Source: a virus. Taken from it: a DNA stretch of 64,000 nt. The stretch lies in IMG/VR virus record IMGVR_UViG_3300027741_002766, positions 32,001 to 96,000 of that record; one strand, given 5' to 3'. The translations under genes and the position numbers were made by a program. Each line of letters begins with the position of its first letter. Within the stretch, counting starts at the first letter, position 1. Below the pieces are notes generated by a model that did no database searches, was not told the origin of the DNA, and saw only the letters and a list, made by a program, of their open reading frames with translations. This document shows positions 19,901 to 29,950 of this stretch, piece by piece.

Positions 19901-22900
19901 AACCACGGTGAGTTGTCCACTGGTATGGAATACCTCTTGTTTTTGCACAACCTCCCACAAACCTGCACCGTTGTTGTCGATCCAGGCACGATCTCCTGGT
20001 ATCAAGTCATTGGCATACGGCAAGGTAATAATGTCACTGCCCTGAGCCACTCGCTGACTTTGTAGAGTAAATGCTGTTCCTGTTCCTGTAGCAACGATTT
20101 GATCTTGTTGCAAGAATGAGAATGACACAGTGACTTGATTGATACCAGGCACATTCAGCACAGTGTATACACCATCTGCACCTGATCCAAAGTACTTGAG
20201 CAACAGTATGTTGTCTGCAACCAAGCCGTGTGCTCGATTAAATCGGATTACCGACGTACCATTCAAGTTGCTGTTGATTTGCGTGACTTGCGCAGGTATC
20301 TGGGCAGTTCTGTAAATTCCCCAATCATAGTCATTGATCTTGGCCACCCATATTATGGTACCCACATTCACGTTGTTGAGTTCGGCAGCCAAACTAGCAG
20401 TGTTGTTAATGTTGAACACAGTGATGTCAACATCGTCTACATTGACATATCCTGCTGACGGCAATGCTGTGTCAGTTTTCTTGACCAAGGTTGTGGTCAA
20501 AATATCGGGTGTGGTTATTCGATAACTTTCAGCCCAGAGATTATCAACATAAACGGTTTGTTGTGCAAGACTTGGTTCGTCAGGTATGGTCACTTGAATC
20601 AAACTGGGATTTGAAGTTAGCAATGCTTCGTTCAATCTCAATTCATAAAAACTCTTGTTGGCATTGGCCCCGTACGTGCCGCGTTGTATGGCCCAGTTTT
20701 CGTAGATATTGTATTCAGATACTCCGCGACCAAGATCAGCAAAAGTAAAAATTTCTGCGGCACGAACAGTGCCCTTGGTGCCAAGAAATTGCCTATAGAG
20801 ATTTACTTGACTGGTGCTGTCAAGATTCAGTGCCACCATGTACTCTCTGGGCTTGAACCCAATCAAGTTGTAGGCAAACAGATCTTGGTTGATTTCAAGA
20901 TTGGCCTGATACACATCATAACTGTTGGCCAACTGATCACTCTTGTTGGACAAATTGGGCAATAGGCCTTGTTGTATCTTGGTATAGTCACTGCGTGTCC
21001 AGTAGTTGAAGTTGAATTCTGGGCTGGGTTGCACAATATCAACTGCACTGTAGTAGAAGTTTTTGTACAACACAATCTCGCCGCGAGCATACTTGCGCAA
21101 GGGATCCCACTCTTTCACATTGTTTTGATTGAGTATAAATCCAGGAGCGTTCAATTGACCGTTCCAATTTTGTGAGGTTGAACCTATCAGTCGCACTCGA
21201 TTTTGTCTAGCACCTGTAGCAGGATAATAGATCAAATCCGCAAAGATACTTTGATTGTCCAACACTACCATGTTTTCGTATGACGTAAACTTGATGTGAA
21301 AATAGTTTATAGTATCGGCTGTTAAACTTTTCAATGTAAATGTATTGTCCAGTCTTTCCACCACAAGATCTCTTGTGGCAAAAGGAGTACGTTCTGCATT
21401 GAGTACCATGTTTTCTGTGGTCTGTAGTGCAATACTGTCCACAATGGCTCCTGGGCGCTCTACTATGACCTGTGTGGCTCCAGGATTCAAATTGATAATA
21501 CTGCCTTCGGCCCAGCCTTGACCGCTCCAGTACAAGAATTCGCTGACCATCTGATTCCAGTCCAGCATGTAACCGTTTTCCAGTTGGGTAAACAACATGC
21601 CTTGCTGTTGCAATAATGCACCATAACTCAACAAGAAATCGGCTACCAAGGTTCTGTTGGTAAACACATAGCCATAAGGAACTTGTACCACCCGGTTGGT
21701 GTAGGTCACAGGCACACGCACTTCATATCCACCGGCATTAATAGTGCTTAACACTCCATTGACACGACTGACCAAGATATTAAAGTAAGGTTGTGTGGTG
21801 CTGTACCCATACACTGCCCAGCCATTGGCAGTTGATTGTACAATTATACTGCTGTAGGTCAACTGATCAAATGGCACATTCTTGTAGAACAACAAGTTGT
21901 AACTTTCGTCGGGCAACAACAAACTCGAATTTAGACTGTTGGGACTGGATTTTTCAGTGTAGATCTGCAGGAGATTTTTGCCCGAAAATGCTGCCATTCG
22001 GTAGCACAGTCGCACATCAAGATTTTTAAGATCTGCTGTGAGAGTGTCAGTTGAGTTGATTCCGCTGATTCGATTGTAGTCCACAATCCAGTCAATGTAA
22101 CTGGCCTTGCTGACTCCATTGCCATACACTTCAATGCCATTGGCATCCAGTCTATAACGACCATTATAAAGATATTGTCCCAGTTCTGGATCATAGCGAT
22201 ACAAATCACGATCAGCAAACAAACTAAAGAATTCAGCAGGACGTGTGAGTGCCAACAAGCGCATGATAGCAAAGGGGTATGCACTACTGGTTCGCCAGGC
22301 ATTTTCGACAGGAGCATCATCGCCTACTGCCCAATTTCTTTGGAAATTGTTGCTGTTGAAATTGCCCACCATGACTTCAATTGGAGCCAGTAACAGGCCT
22401 TCACTTGAGGAAGGAATCACTTGTGTCAGTTGAGGTCTAGCATACTGAGGCAACACATAAGGTGCAATCGGATCTCGAACTAGACCAGCAGCCAAGTCGT
22501 CCCACAGCACCAAGTTGCCTGAGGTGTAGGGAGCAGGACCATACTCGGCTTCCCACCATGAGGGCATTACTGTAAATCCCAACATCTCCCAAGGTCTTGT
22601 GTTGGGACTTGTGGTATCATAAAAGTAGTTGTAGATACCGCGCCAGGCGCCCACAGCCAATGGTTCATTGTTGTTGAGTTTGTTACCGGCTGTGCTGTAG
22701 TTCCAGGTAAATGCATTGGCAGCCCGGTAATCTTGAGATTTGTAATCCAATTTGTTCCAGCCCACCCAGGTCAAGAAGTCTTGACTTTCTATTTGGGTGA
22801 TTTCTCCCAGTGTATAATCTGTTGTACGGAACTGTCCTGGCACAACTTCTGTTGCTGTGAGCGGCACAGGGTTGCCATCCAGTTTCAAGTTGTTGTAGAT

Positions 22901-25900
22901 TCTGGTTTCAAATTCCAACAACAACTGATCTCGATAGTCATCAAACGCCACAGTGATAGAACCATCGTGTCCTCGAATCACTCGTCTAGGCTCAATGTAG
23001 GTTGTGTCCAAATATATCTCTGGAACAAATGCTGGATACAGTCCCAATTTGGTGGGTGTGTTGGGTATGAATGTACCGTAGGTTTCGGAGTATTCTTGTA
23101 TGACCACTTGATCGCCCACTACCAGTGGTAGCAACACAGTGAGTGTGGGTGCATCTGTTGAAACTACATATTCAATACCTCTTGTGAGCAAACGCCCATT
23201 CAAGTATACCAGCAGTCCAAGATAGTTGGCTGAGGTGTAGTTGTAGACCTGCGTGGTGTCAAATCTCTGCGTGGTAATTGCAGTGACCACTGTGGTTGAT
23301 TCAGTGTAGGTATTACTGGCCGGTATCATGTCCGACCAATAGAAAGGATTGGAACTGGTACGACCCGCAATGAGATCAGTAATGATTGTGGTCAATATTT
23401 CAGACACCGTCATGTTCATATAGTCGCCAGTGACAGCGGCATTCAGCAACTGTGCTTTGTATTTTTCGTATTCTCTTGAATTGTATTCCAGACTGGCAAA
23501 TATATTATAATCCGCGCTACGCAGAAAGTAACCAGCCATGGTCATTGGTGCGCTTTGTTGTAAAATGTTCAAGCCAAATGGCACAATATTGCCAAGGTCA
23601 CGCGAGTTGTTGGCACCATTGATTTTTCCCGTTAGACCCACAAGATTTTGTCCTATCGAATCATAATGACTTCTAATAGTGCCCAAGGTAAGATTGTTGG
23701 CATTTTGATTCAACGGATTATTTTCAAGATTCACAGGCACTTGATAAAACGCCACTGCACTCACTTGGTTGCTCAAGACCAAGACCTCAATCACTTGCCC
23801 TGGTACAATCACTGTGTTGGCAGGAAATGTGATGGTTGTGGTATTATCGCTGGTTACATAGGTATATGAGCCCGGGTCTTGGAACGTGCTGTCGACATAG
23901 ACTTTGACTGTTGGAATGGTAGTCACCGGCAAGGCAGCCACATCCAACAACAATGGTGTGTTGGCCGCATAAGTGAAACTAAACTGTTGATAGATTTTGC
24001 TCTTGACTGCGGCAGTTTGCCAACCAATTTCTCGTTGGTAAACTGTACGGTCAGCATATTGTCTTACAAAACCTGTACTGACATTTTTTGTATAACTTAC
24101 ATTGTCCTTGACATAAAGAAATGTATCTGCATAAAGATTGTTGTCAAACACAATATCGCCAATGTTATTGATACTTAGGTATTGCAGAGGAAAGCCCAAT
24201 ACTGTGTCATTTGCGCCCGGACCAACTGCATAACTAAACAATTTGGATCCTGCAAATGTACTACTAGGGTATGCCACAGGGTTGCTTAGACTATAACCAT
24301 TGCTGTCATAGACGTCAAATAAAGGTGCTTGATTCACTCCTGTTTTTTGTTGTGCTTGAACCCACTGTGATCCATCGTAATAAAAACTTATGCCTTGCAA
24401 TGTGTTGCCGCTGAGACTGACCACTGTTTGATCAACCAAGACATCAGCATCGCTTGCTGGTACTAGATCAATAACTGGAGTATCACCTTCCACCAAGGTA
24501 ACAAAATTGACCACATAGATTTTATCTCTTACATTGGGATCTGTGTCTTTGGCAAAAATAACTCGGGTGCCATTTATGAAATTGTAACCATCCACCCCAT
24601 ATCCCACAGTTCCATTGACAGTGCTAAAGGCATCGGTTGTGACAAAATCAAGTATGTCCACAGGTTGTTTGCCCTGTGTACCCATTTGATACAGTCGTGT
24701 GCCACCGCGGAATTCCAAGATAGGACGCCGTGCTCTGAAAGCATTGTCCAGTACAGGGGTGGTATTGTTGTATGTGGCCGAGGCTGTGATCACATCCACA
24801 TGGAACCAACGGTTACTGCGTGTCCAGGCATTGAGGTCTGGACTATCTAATGCTATGGTTAGATAATCTGGCACCAGGGGTTGATTTAGTTCAGCATCAA
24901 AGTTGGTTGAATCAAAGGATGTTGAATCAAACGGTATTGTTGCGCTTTTGGTATATGTCTCCGGAGTGACATAATTGGTCACTGGCAGCAGTTGAATAGC
25001 AGTACCAACTCCAGCCACGTAGTAGTCACCATTGGCATAACTGGCCGGCACCACAGGTGCAAGAAACTGCACCTTGAGATTGTTGGTAAACACCACGCCA
25101 TTGGGACTGGTATAATTTTTCTTGCCCAGGATATCAGTTGCCACATTAATCACCGTGCTACTGACCTGATCAATCAGTCGGATTTGACCAAAAATATCTG
25201 GATTTGTTCCATCCTGATACCACAGTACATCTTTGGCTGCTGTGAGTAATGGAATCTCTGCAAAATAGCCGTCAGCATCACGATACCACGATGTGCTGGC
25301 CCATTGTGTACCAAACAGCACAGTGAATTTGTTTAGGTTAGGACAAGGTCTTTGAACACTAAGTTGTAGAATTGGCTGGCCATTGTTGTCATATTGATAA
25401 GTGATCAGCCACACGCTGTAACGTGTGTCAGGATCTGTGATTGGCACAGTCTGATCAAACACTAAACTATCAAAACTGCCTGGAAGACCATTGTTGGCAG
25501 ATGCCTGCTCTAAAGGATCAAATTGCGAAGTTATCAACCAACCACCATCCTGTGCATCGGCGATTTGATTGGTGAATACCACTGTGCGATTGTTGAGACT
25601 TGTGATGCCATCAATGCCACCGTACTCGGCCAAGAAGTCCGACAGATACACATTGTTGATTTGGTCAAATTGTAGATTGGTCAACAAATCTACTGTGCCG
25701 ATGCTGTTGAGATCGTAATAGAACTGCTGAGCATTTTTAAATGGCACATCAAAAGAAACAGTACCAAGGTCTTCACCATTGTTGGTCACTCCCAGCACAT
25801 CTCTACTGGAGATGTTGGGAGCATAAGGAAGTCGACCATTCACGCCCGGATCTGACTGTATCCAGAAATTATTGCCTGTTTGACTCACGTCGAATGTGTA

Positions 25901-26449
25901 ATTGCCGCCACGCACCAGAGTGATCACAGGATTGTCACCGGGTATGGTACTGAATTTATAGGCTGTGCTGGTTCGAGTGACTGTGAAGTTCTCGGTCAAG
26001 GGAATGGCCGTGGCATAAACATTCACAGCATTTGGTCCGCCAGGCAACCAGTAGTATTGACTGTAGTTTACAAATTTGTCAAAATTAACAAACGGATCCC
26101 AGGTATAGTATTCACTGGTATAAAGCCTATCACTGTTGTTGACAACCGCGCCTTGCACTGCCAAGGCATCTGTGATACCAGGATAGGTAATGGCATCTTT
26201 TATTTCGTTGGTATCTGGCTTGAGACTGATGACACCTGGCTCCAACTGATAGTTGGCTCGAGTGGCTGTGGGCTCCAGCACATAGTAGTCATTGGGATTG
26301 ACGCCGGGTCCGACTCTGCGACCCACATAGCCCTGTGTTTTCTTGAATGCAGGTTCCTGAACCAATTGATCCAGTGTGGCATTCAAAAATTGCTTGTTGG
26401 GAGTGGTCTGAAATATATCAGGTAAAAAATCAACAGTGCGGATGGCCAT
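13922..26449 (-). CDS. Giant (4175 aa) baseplate wedge / receptor-binding structural protein
   Basis: Directly downstream of gp6. Has FG-GAP-like repeats (FGAGVA..VGSPG, FGTSIA..IGAPG, YGQAVD..VGAPQ), Ig-like V.VNG..Q..DY repeats, FD-repeat segments and the motif YIKEVKPYHV. Confidence 0.7.
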   Translation of the reverse strand: MAIRTVDFLPDIFQTTPNKQFLNATLDQLVQEPAFKKTQGYVGRRVGPGVNPNDYYVLEPTATRANYQLEPGVISLKPDTNEIKDAITYPGITDALAVQGAVVNNSDRLYTSEYYTWDPFVNFDKFVNYSQYYWLPGGPNAVNVYATAIPLTENFTVTRTSTAYKFSTIPGDNPVITLVRGGNYTFDVSQTGNNFWIQSDPGVNGRLPYAPNISSRDVLGVTNNGEDLGTVSFDVPFKNAQQFYYDLNSIGTVDLLTNLQFDQINNVYLSDFLAEYGGIDGITSLNNRTVVFTNQIADAQDGGWLITSQFDPLEQASANNGLPGSFDSLVFDQTVPITDPDTRYSVWLITYQYDNNGQPILQLSVQRPCPNLNKFTVLFGTQWASTSWYRDADGYFAEIPLLTAAKDVLWYQDGTNPDIFGQIRLIDQVSSTVINVATDILGKKNYTSPNGVVFTNNLKVQFLAPVVPASYANGDYYVAGVGTAIQLLPVTNYVTPETYTKSATIPFDSTSFDSTNFDAELNQPLVPDYLTIALDSPDLNAWTRSNRWFHVDVITASATYNNTTPVLDNAFRARRPILEFRGGTRLYQMGTQGKQPVDILDFVTTDAFSTVNGTVGYGVDGYNFINGTRVIFAKDTDPNVRDKIYVVNFVTLVEGDTPVIDLVPASDADVLVDQTVVSLSGNTLQGISFYYDGSQWVQAQQKTGVNQAPLFDVYDSNGYSLSNPVAYPSSTFAGSKLFSYAVGPGANDTVLGFPLQYLSINNIGDIVFDNNLYADTFLYVKDNVSYTKNVSTGFVRQYADRTVYQREIGWQTAAVKSKIYQQFSFTYAANTPLLLDVAALPVTTIPTVKVYVDSTFQDPGSYTYVTSDNTTTITFPANTVIVPGQVIEVLVLSNQVSAVAFYQVPVNLENNPLNQNANNLTLGTIRSHYDSIGQNLVGLTGKINGANNSRDLGNIVPFGLNILQQSAPMTMAGYFLRSADYNIFASLEYNSREYEKYKAQLLNAAVTGDYMNMTVSEILTTIITDLIAGRTSSNPFYWSDMIPASNTYTESTTVVTAITTQRFDTTQVYNYTSANYLGLLVYLNGRLLTRGIEYVVSTDAPTLTVLLPLVVGDQVVIQEYSETYGTFIPNTPTKLGLYPAFVPEIYLDTTYIEPRRVIRGHDGSITVAFDDYRDQLLLEFETRIYNNLKLDGNPVPLTATEVVPGQFRTTDYTLGEITQIESQDFLTWVGWNKLDYKSQDYRAANAFTWNYSTAGNKLNNNEPLAVGAWRGIYNYFYDTTSPNTRPWEMLGFTVMPSWWEAEYGPAPYTSGNLVLWDDLAAGLVRDPIAPYVLPQYARPQLTQVIPSSSEGLLLAPIEVMVGNFNSNNFQRNWAVGDDAPVENAWRTSSAYPFAIMRLLALTRPAEFFSLFADRDLYRYDPELGQYLYNGRYRLDANGIEVYGNGVSKASYIDWIVDYNRISGINSTDTLTADLKNLDVRLCYRMAAFSGKNLLQIYTEKSSPNSLNSSLLLPDESYNLLFYKNVPFDQLTYSSIIVQSTANGWAVYGYSTTQPYFNILVSRVNGVLSTINAGGYEVRVPVTYTNRVVQVPYGYVFTNRTLVADFLLSYGALLQQQGMLFTQLENGYMLDWNQMVSEFLYWSGQGWAEGSIINLNPGATQVIVERPGAIVDSIALQTTENMVLNAERTPFATRDLVVERLDNTFTLKSLTADTINYFHIKFTSYENMVVLDNQSIFADLIYYPATGARQNRVRLIGSTSQNWNGQLNAPGFILNQNNVKEWDPLRKYARGEIVLYKNFYYSAVDIVQPSPEFNFNYWTRSDYTKIQQGLLPNLSNKSDQLANSYDVYQANLEINQDLFAYNLIGFKPREYMVALNLDSTSQVNLYRQFLGTKGTVRAAEIFTFADLGRGVSEYNIYENWAIQRGTYGANANKSFYELRLNEALLTSNPSLIQVTIPDEPSLAQQTVYVDNLWAESYRITTPDILTTTLVKKTDTALPSAGYVNVDDVDITVFNINNTASLAAELNNVNVGTIIWVAKINDYDWGIYRTAQIPAQVTQINSNLNGTSVIRFNRAHGLVADNILLLKYFGSGADGVYTVLNVPGINQVTVSFSFLQQDQIVATGTGTAFTLQSQRVAQGSDIITLPYANDLIPGDRAWIDNNGAGLWEVVQKQEVFHTSGQLTVVPSVASNKFGAGVAQARDNVFAFVGSPGYNSGAGALYTYVRTSTNPFTQNSLLQSNAVGVYGLGTAVSVGNQTWGAVGAPASLGADSSANSGYVAVIYRFPNSPSFAISNLLTVPNASYINSASEFGTSIAISADENWMYIGAPGINQVFAYGLVPVETQLETYITDGVSYSYNYSDNIVIDSGAYQQLFVVLNNQLLTYSTDYTVTADSVVLNSTPVKDLQLKIGRRVAQTFTGNGITQVFSLNEYLYSALNIYSFNVTVNGIVQRPTIDYTFSNSTRDITFTAAPTGTIGVTTQSYYNYVTSLAPGGLAADARFGQSVSCGTDGRQVMIGCSNNTYNGVTYAGSVYVYDRSVQQFIVTSATQTVYQTDASLVAPTSVSLNNQFLINTAGNPDGQYTVTGSNQITLTTPAAVGDILVVEVNTFNQIQQIGSDAPTSSANYGQAVDLCRYNCSLYVGAPQDGSVLPGAGLVERQVNQSRVYGITTSTINATLTPGDTIRINNQEVALTAPAAWLVGSAYTVGTIVINSSSLYVAVRAVPTGTSLGDTTYWQPSSWAAQLAYNINSSTVPNVMAYAGVAGTQTFGLLTISVKNLDAAVAGNKLTVLPGLVGNIFSSMGFETFVYTQTIESPYPAAYAAFGSAVKIDTSALTLTVGAPRGNLYRPNTFDGGNTYFDSKTTTFSGPLVQSGAVYTYDYFASTNSSVSNPGKFAFGQQVYDQSIQQLYQYGASVDYTNGILLAGSPTGNSNAGQVSIFNNPDLSPAWRVTHVQQPVVDVALINGVFSYDRITGAKTAFFDFFDPLQGKILGAAQQNIDYTGAVDPAAYNVGAKNNNGRIWAVGQVGQIWWDTNSVRFIDPNQDDIVYAARRWGQIFPGSSVDVYQWTASSVPPGNYTGPGTPRTTTNYSVTTGLTTTGVFGTTYYFWVKNITTINSTAGKTLSPTGIARYIADPRASGIPYVAFVSASATAIYNATDLISAQDTVLSIEFDRQLTDDNVHVQYDLLPQDRAEAFLPANLYQKFQDSFCGADPQGNLVPDPTLSPALRYGVQFRPRQSMFADRFLALQNYLEYVNAVLLQYPISEIRNFALLNSSDPEPAAGLGAWNKRVANIEQLSYQDLAQVPVGYLYLVASDSTQNGLWTIYAVTAAKTFDTLFLTRVQNYDTRNYWQYVTWYRPGYNSSTKIIAQVANYADLATLSVAQAPVGSSVKVTANSQGKFEIYLRTDVGWDRVGLQDGTIQFRTELWDYALGRFGFDVEVFDAQHFDQEPVTETRKIIQAINEQLLIDELLIERNRALILMFNFVLSEFEAPGWLNMTSLIDVDHKVRQLLPYQTYQQDNQDFVLNYIKEVKPYHVSIRAFNLIYNGFDAYQGSMADFDLPAFYNNSQVPNQYMSPILTPYDLSTAQGTGHASIYSDVAPSSTLWQTQPYSFWFENYALSIQDVIIVDGGSGYTVAPQLTVSGVCTTPAQMTATVNSAGHINQVIITDPGSGYTTTATVTITGGNGTGGQIVAVMGNKLVRSINTTIKYDRYQYATTIVPWEPNVTYTTGKQVRYVNRVWSANTTVTSSTFDPANWTTVAASSLSGVDRTMGFYVPGPNEPGLDLPLLIDGVDYPGVQVAAPSFAQNTGFDVGNFDVSPFDNISYGPDGQPTYDLGILDATYESSFLDPYLGTRATDINVVGGEFVGPYESHAPEELVPGAIFDTLDLRVYSREITYYTGNGATTGPYAVPAGATDVEVAINNIVVAASTYTFAGSSVTFNTAPANGAVIVILENEPNPGIELRIFQDMRGVQASYRMTTATTTILTQDLAIDDDVAYVDNAGALAEPDLANNIWGVLTVNGERIMYRERDLIANTVSSLLRGTAGTAAAAHVTDAVVYNLNRDNLAPVLYQDHYVGSNTLADGATTVFTADVDLSSPGLSFAQKCVLVYVGGLLQTSGYTVTVDNPVTVEFDTAPAQGYQVSIQVRQGLGWYGAGVYPTTGTPLQDSTTPAAEFFRG

Positions 26450-29400
26450 TAAATTACTCCACTGCCGGGTGCAGTTCTAATATTGGTACTGGTCAGGGCA
26501 GTGATTACTTCAATGTTGCTGACCAAGGCGCCGTTGACAAATATTTCACTGGGGCCACTACGTATTTCGTACAAGTCACCAAAACTCTTCAGCGGGTCCA
26601 ATGGCACTAGTACCACTGAACTGACCACGCCACCCATGTTGGCATGAATGTAGGCAGCCAGTTCTGAAAAATAGAATGTCTGTCCAAAATCCCATTTGTC
26701 AATGCTGAAATAACTGTTGAGGTTGGCCAGCACAAGATTCTTGATTTCACTTTCACTGGCAGTGCTGTCAGCGGCACGGATAACTTTGATGGTGGCCTGC
26801 AACTCTTTGGCTGCTTTGGGTCCAAACAATGGCTTGAATACCACGCTGTTCACAATCACATTGTCGCTGATCATTTTGTAATCATTGAGTCCTTGATAGG
26901 CTGTACTCAGTTGATCTATTGTGGGCACAGCAGGTTTGGGCACTGTGCCGGTGGTATCTCGCAGCCAATTCTGATAGGCAGTATAGTAGGCCTGATTGAC
27001 CACATACAAGTCGATGATGTTGGTGGTGCCTGGATCAATTCTGCTGGTCAGCGAGGCATTGTGTCTGTATTGATAGTAAAGACTTTGTCGACCAACACGA
27101 GCCTGCCATTGATCTGACACTTCTACAAGACTGCGCACACCAGTTACACTGATGGCCAACAGGTAGAAGGCTCCCAGTTGACCGGCCAAGGGTCCAATGG
27201 CAATGGTCTGATTGTAAGCGTAGAATACCTGTCCCGGAACGTACTGTGTCAAGACCACTTCAATGGCATCTTTGGTAGCATAGTCTGAATTAACGCGACC
27301 TGGTTCTACCAAGAGATAACGCTGGAGGTTGTCAAAGTCCACTGTCTTTTCAAAGAATACCAATTTGGTAGTGGGGTTCACAGCAGGCGCTACTATTTCA
27401 TTAAAGAAGTCTGGATCAATTGGGGCACCATTACCGGGGGAATATTCATAACTGACAAATACTTCAAAGTCATCCACAAAACCATCACTGGCCACTGGTT
27501 GTCCAACAATGCTCATGCGGATGTCGCCAGGCAGTGGAATATGTGTGTCAGGTCTTGAATTGGTCTTTAATACATTCACAAAATCACTGATCACTGAGCC
27601 TGTGCGACTATCGTAGATGCGTTGTCCTGTTTCAAAGAAAAATCTTGTTTGCAGTACTGAGCCAAACAGGTAAAACAGCGCACGGCTGGTCACTGTGTAA
27701 CTGCTGCCGTTGGTCACAAATTGAATCAGCCATGAAGCATCTTGATTGGTGCCTGTGGTACTGCCTGCGTACTGTTGACTCCAGGCAGCATTGGTGGCCA
27801 AGTTAGTGCTGGTGATCACATACCACGTGTAAGGTGTGCCTGTGATTGTGCCTGTGCTGTCATAGCCAAGACCAAAGTTTCGATACAATAAAATTTGATC
27901 AGTTATACTGGTCACCGTGGTGCTGGGCAAGTCTGTCACAAACAGGGGAATAACCGACACAGGAATAGCACCAGTAGGAACAAAATTGTTCAGTATGACA
28001 GGACCAGCGCCTGTGGTAAAATTGCCTTGGCCTTGGTTGGTGCCATCCAACACAATGGCTGTGGGGCTGGCCCAGATAATCAATCGGTCGTTGTCCTGAG
28101 TGGGCGATCCCAACTTCAATTCATTGTTGCTGTTAAAATAGTAGCCCTGTGGTGGCACAAATTGTACCAGTGAACCCACCTGTATGAACTTGCTCACAGT
28201 ACTGCTGTAGGTTCCAATGGCAGCAGGGTAACCCAACGAATTTACAAAGTAACCAGTGGTCTCGTTGGACAATGTTGTGCTTTGATGCCAGGTAAAACCC
28301 AGTGGCACAAGATCAGGTCTTGGAAAGTTGTCATAGTAAAATTGATCTAGACCTGTGGAAATCAACAGAGGTTGAATTTGATTGGTGATCACGGTGGCCA
28401 CATCATTGCGTGTGAGCCAGGTGAAGTTGAATGTGGGCAGTTGATTTTCTTCCCACAAGGCACCATCACTGCCAAAGGTGTTGGTTGAAGAGTATTTGCC
28501 GGTATTGTCAACTAGATCAAGATATCTTGACGTGCCAATGGATGCACGATTCAAGGCCTTGCTCTTGATAATCGAATTGTACAGTGTGAATGGGAAGTTG
28601 TTGTAGTCTTCGCCATTGACCATGCGGTTCTGTGTGTAGTACCTAGCAGGCGCACGTTGCTTGATTTCGTCCAAGGTCTCACGAGGTTGTGCGTTGCTCA
28701 CCGGCTGTGTAATACCGCAGGTGAATGTGATTGTTTCTATGTTTCCAGTGCGGCTCACATAACTGATAGGTATGATCACACTCTGCATTTCTTCTGGATT
28801 GATAATGTAGGCCAGTCCGTTTGAAGCGCGAACATAACAACGGAAGGTGCCCACCGGAATAGTGCTGAACACACCGTCGCCAAATGTCAGTGTGATTTGA
28901 TCATTGGTTCTACTGACCACTGAAAACAATTTGCGTTGATCTGGAGCCAGTTGCTCGGTGGCAGCCGCGTACACACTCTGCACGTACTGCCATTCATATT
29001 GTACATTGCCCACTGTGTCTAGTTGAAACAGCCAACGGTCTTCGTTGTTGACACCTTCAATGTTGATGGGCACTGTCTGGTTGGCCACACGCTCACCAAG
29101 ATTGAAATCTTGATTTTGTAGTACACCTTGCTTGAAATAAAAGAAATAGCCGGTGTTGGCGCTGGCAAATCCCAATTGATCGTTGCGGAACAACACATTG
29201 AATATACCGTTGGGCAAGGGACTGGGTTCGTACACATAGTCTCGTCCCACCGATGTTGAATTTACTGCTTCAAATGGCATGTTGACGCCGTCTACTGTGG
29301 CAGTGTAAGGAATCACTGGCAGGTATCCTGGCACCAAGTTGATGCTGTATTCGCTTGTGTCAACTCCCACTATGGTCTGTTTGGCCCCTGGACGACCAAC

Positions 29401-29907
29401 TCGTTGTGTATTGACCAATGCCGCATTGATAATAGCAGTGAATTGTTCTACCCAGTTGAAATTGGTAGGATCATTCCAGTTGATTGTGACATTGGCCAAA
29501 TTGACGCCATTGAAATCTGTGACATTTTCGGTGGTTTGTACGCTGAATACTTTGAGATAACCTTGTGAGGCCTGATTGCGTTTGGGAGTGTAACTGACCA
29601 GTTCAGCCAGTTTGACCACGCTGTCTCTGCGCTCGGCTGTGCCTAGATAATTTTCTCTAGTGTTTAGATCATTGCGGAAACTCATGGCCTGACCCATGAA
29701 CGCAATCACATCCAGCATGGCAATAAATTCTGAACTTTCAATGTAGTCATTGAAACTTTCAGGATAGTATTGGCGTATGTAGTCTACAAAACTCTTGCGC
29801 AAGGCTTCAAAGTTGTAACTTTGAAAGTCTGCCTCTCTATAGGTTTCGTAGATGCGTTTCCAATCCTCAACGCCAAATACAACTGTTTGTCTAGTGGTTC
29901 TTGCCAT
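26449..29907 (-). CDS. gp6: Baseplate wedge subunit, T4 gp6-like
   Basis: FNDYIESSE..LDVIAF, ENYLGTAERRDSV.KLA.LVSY.P, FGDGVF, ETLDEIKQRAP..YYTQNRMVNGEDY. Confidence 0.85.
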   Translation of the reverse strand: MARTTRQTVVFGVEDWKRIYETYREADFQSYNFEALRKSFVDYIRQYYPESFNDYIESSEFIAMLDVIAFMGQAMSFRNDLNTRENYLGTAERRDSVVKLAELVSYTPKRNQASQGYLKVFSVQTTENVTDFNGVNLANVTINWNDPTNFNWVEQFTAIINAALVNTQRVGRPGAKQTIVGVDTSEYSINLVPGYLPVIPYTATVDGVNMPFEAVNSTSVGRDYVYEPSPLPNGIFNVLFRNDQLGFASANTGYFFYFKQGVLQNQDFNLGERVANQTVPINIEGVNNEDRWLFQLDTVGNVQYEWQYVQSVYAAATEQLAPDQRKLFSVVSRTNDQITLTFGDGVFSTIPVGTFRCYVRASNGLAYIINPEEMQSVIIPISYVSRTGNIETITFTCGITQPVSNAQPRETLDEIKQRAPARYYTQNRMVNGEDYNNFPFTLYNSIIKSKALNRASIGTSRYLDLVDNTGKYSSTNTFGSDGALWEENQLPTFNFTWLTRNDVATVITNQIQPLLISTGLDQFYYDNFPRPDLVPLGFTWHQSTTLSNETTGYFVNSLGYPAAIGTYSSTVSKFIQVGSLVQFVPPQGYYFNSNNELKLGSPTQDNDRLIIWASPTAIVLDGTNQGQGNFTTGAGPVILNNFVPTGAIPVSVIPLFVTDLPSTTVTSITDQILLYRNFGLGYDSTGTITGTPYTWYVITSTNLATNAAWSQQYAGSTTGTNQDASWLIQFVTNGSSYTVTSRALFYLFGSVLQTRFFFETGQRIYDSRTGSVISDFVNVLKTNSRPDTHIPLPGDIRMSIVGQPVASDGFVDDFEVFVSYEYSPGNGAPIDPDFFNEIVAPAVNPTTKLVFFEKTVDFDNLQRYLLVEPGRVNSDYATKDAIEVVLTQYVPGQVFYAYNQTIAIGPLAGQLGAFYLLAISVTGVRSLVEVSDQWQARVGRQSLYYQYRHNASLTSRIDPGTTNIIDLYVVNQAYYTAYQNWLRDTTGTVPKPAVPTIDQLSTAYQGLNDYKMISDNVIVNSVVFKPLFGPKAAKELQATIKVIRAADSTASESEIKNLVLANLNSYFSIDKWDFGQTFYFSELAAYIHANMGGVVSSVVLVPLDPLKSFGDLYEIRSGPSEIFVNGALVSNIEVITALTSTNIRTAPGSGVI

Positions 29908-29923
29908 AATAGTCCGTTTCTTT

Positions 29924-29930
29924 TATTTAT
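29924..29930 (-). promoter_or_regulatory. Late promoter ATAAATA
   Basis: Upstream of the gp6 ATG at 29907. Confidence 0.55.
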
Positions 29931-29950
29931 TGCAAAAATAAACGGCGTAG

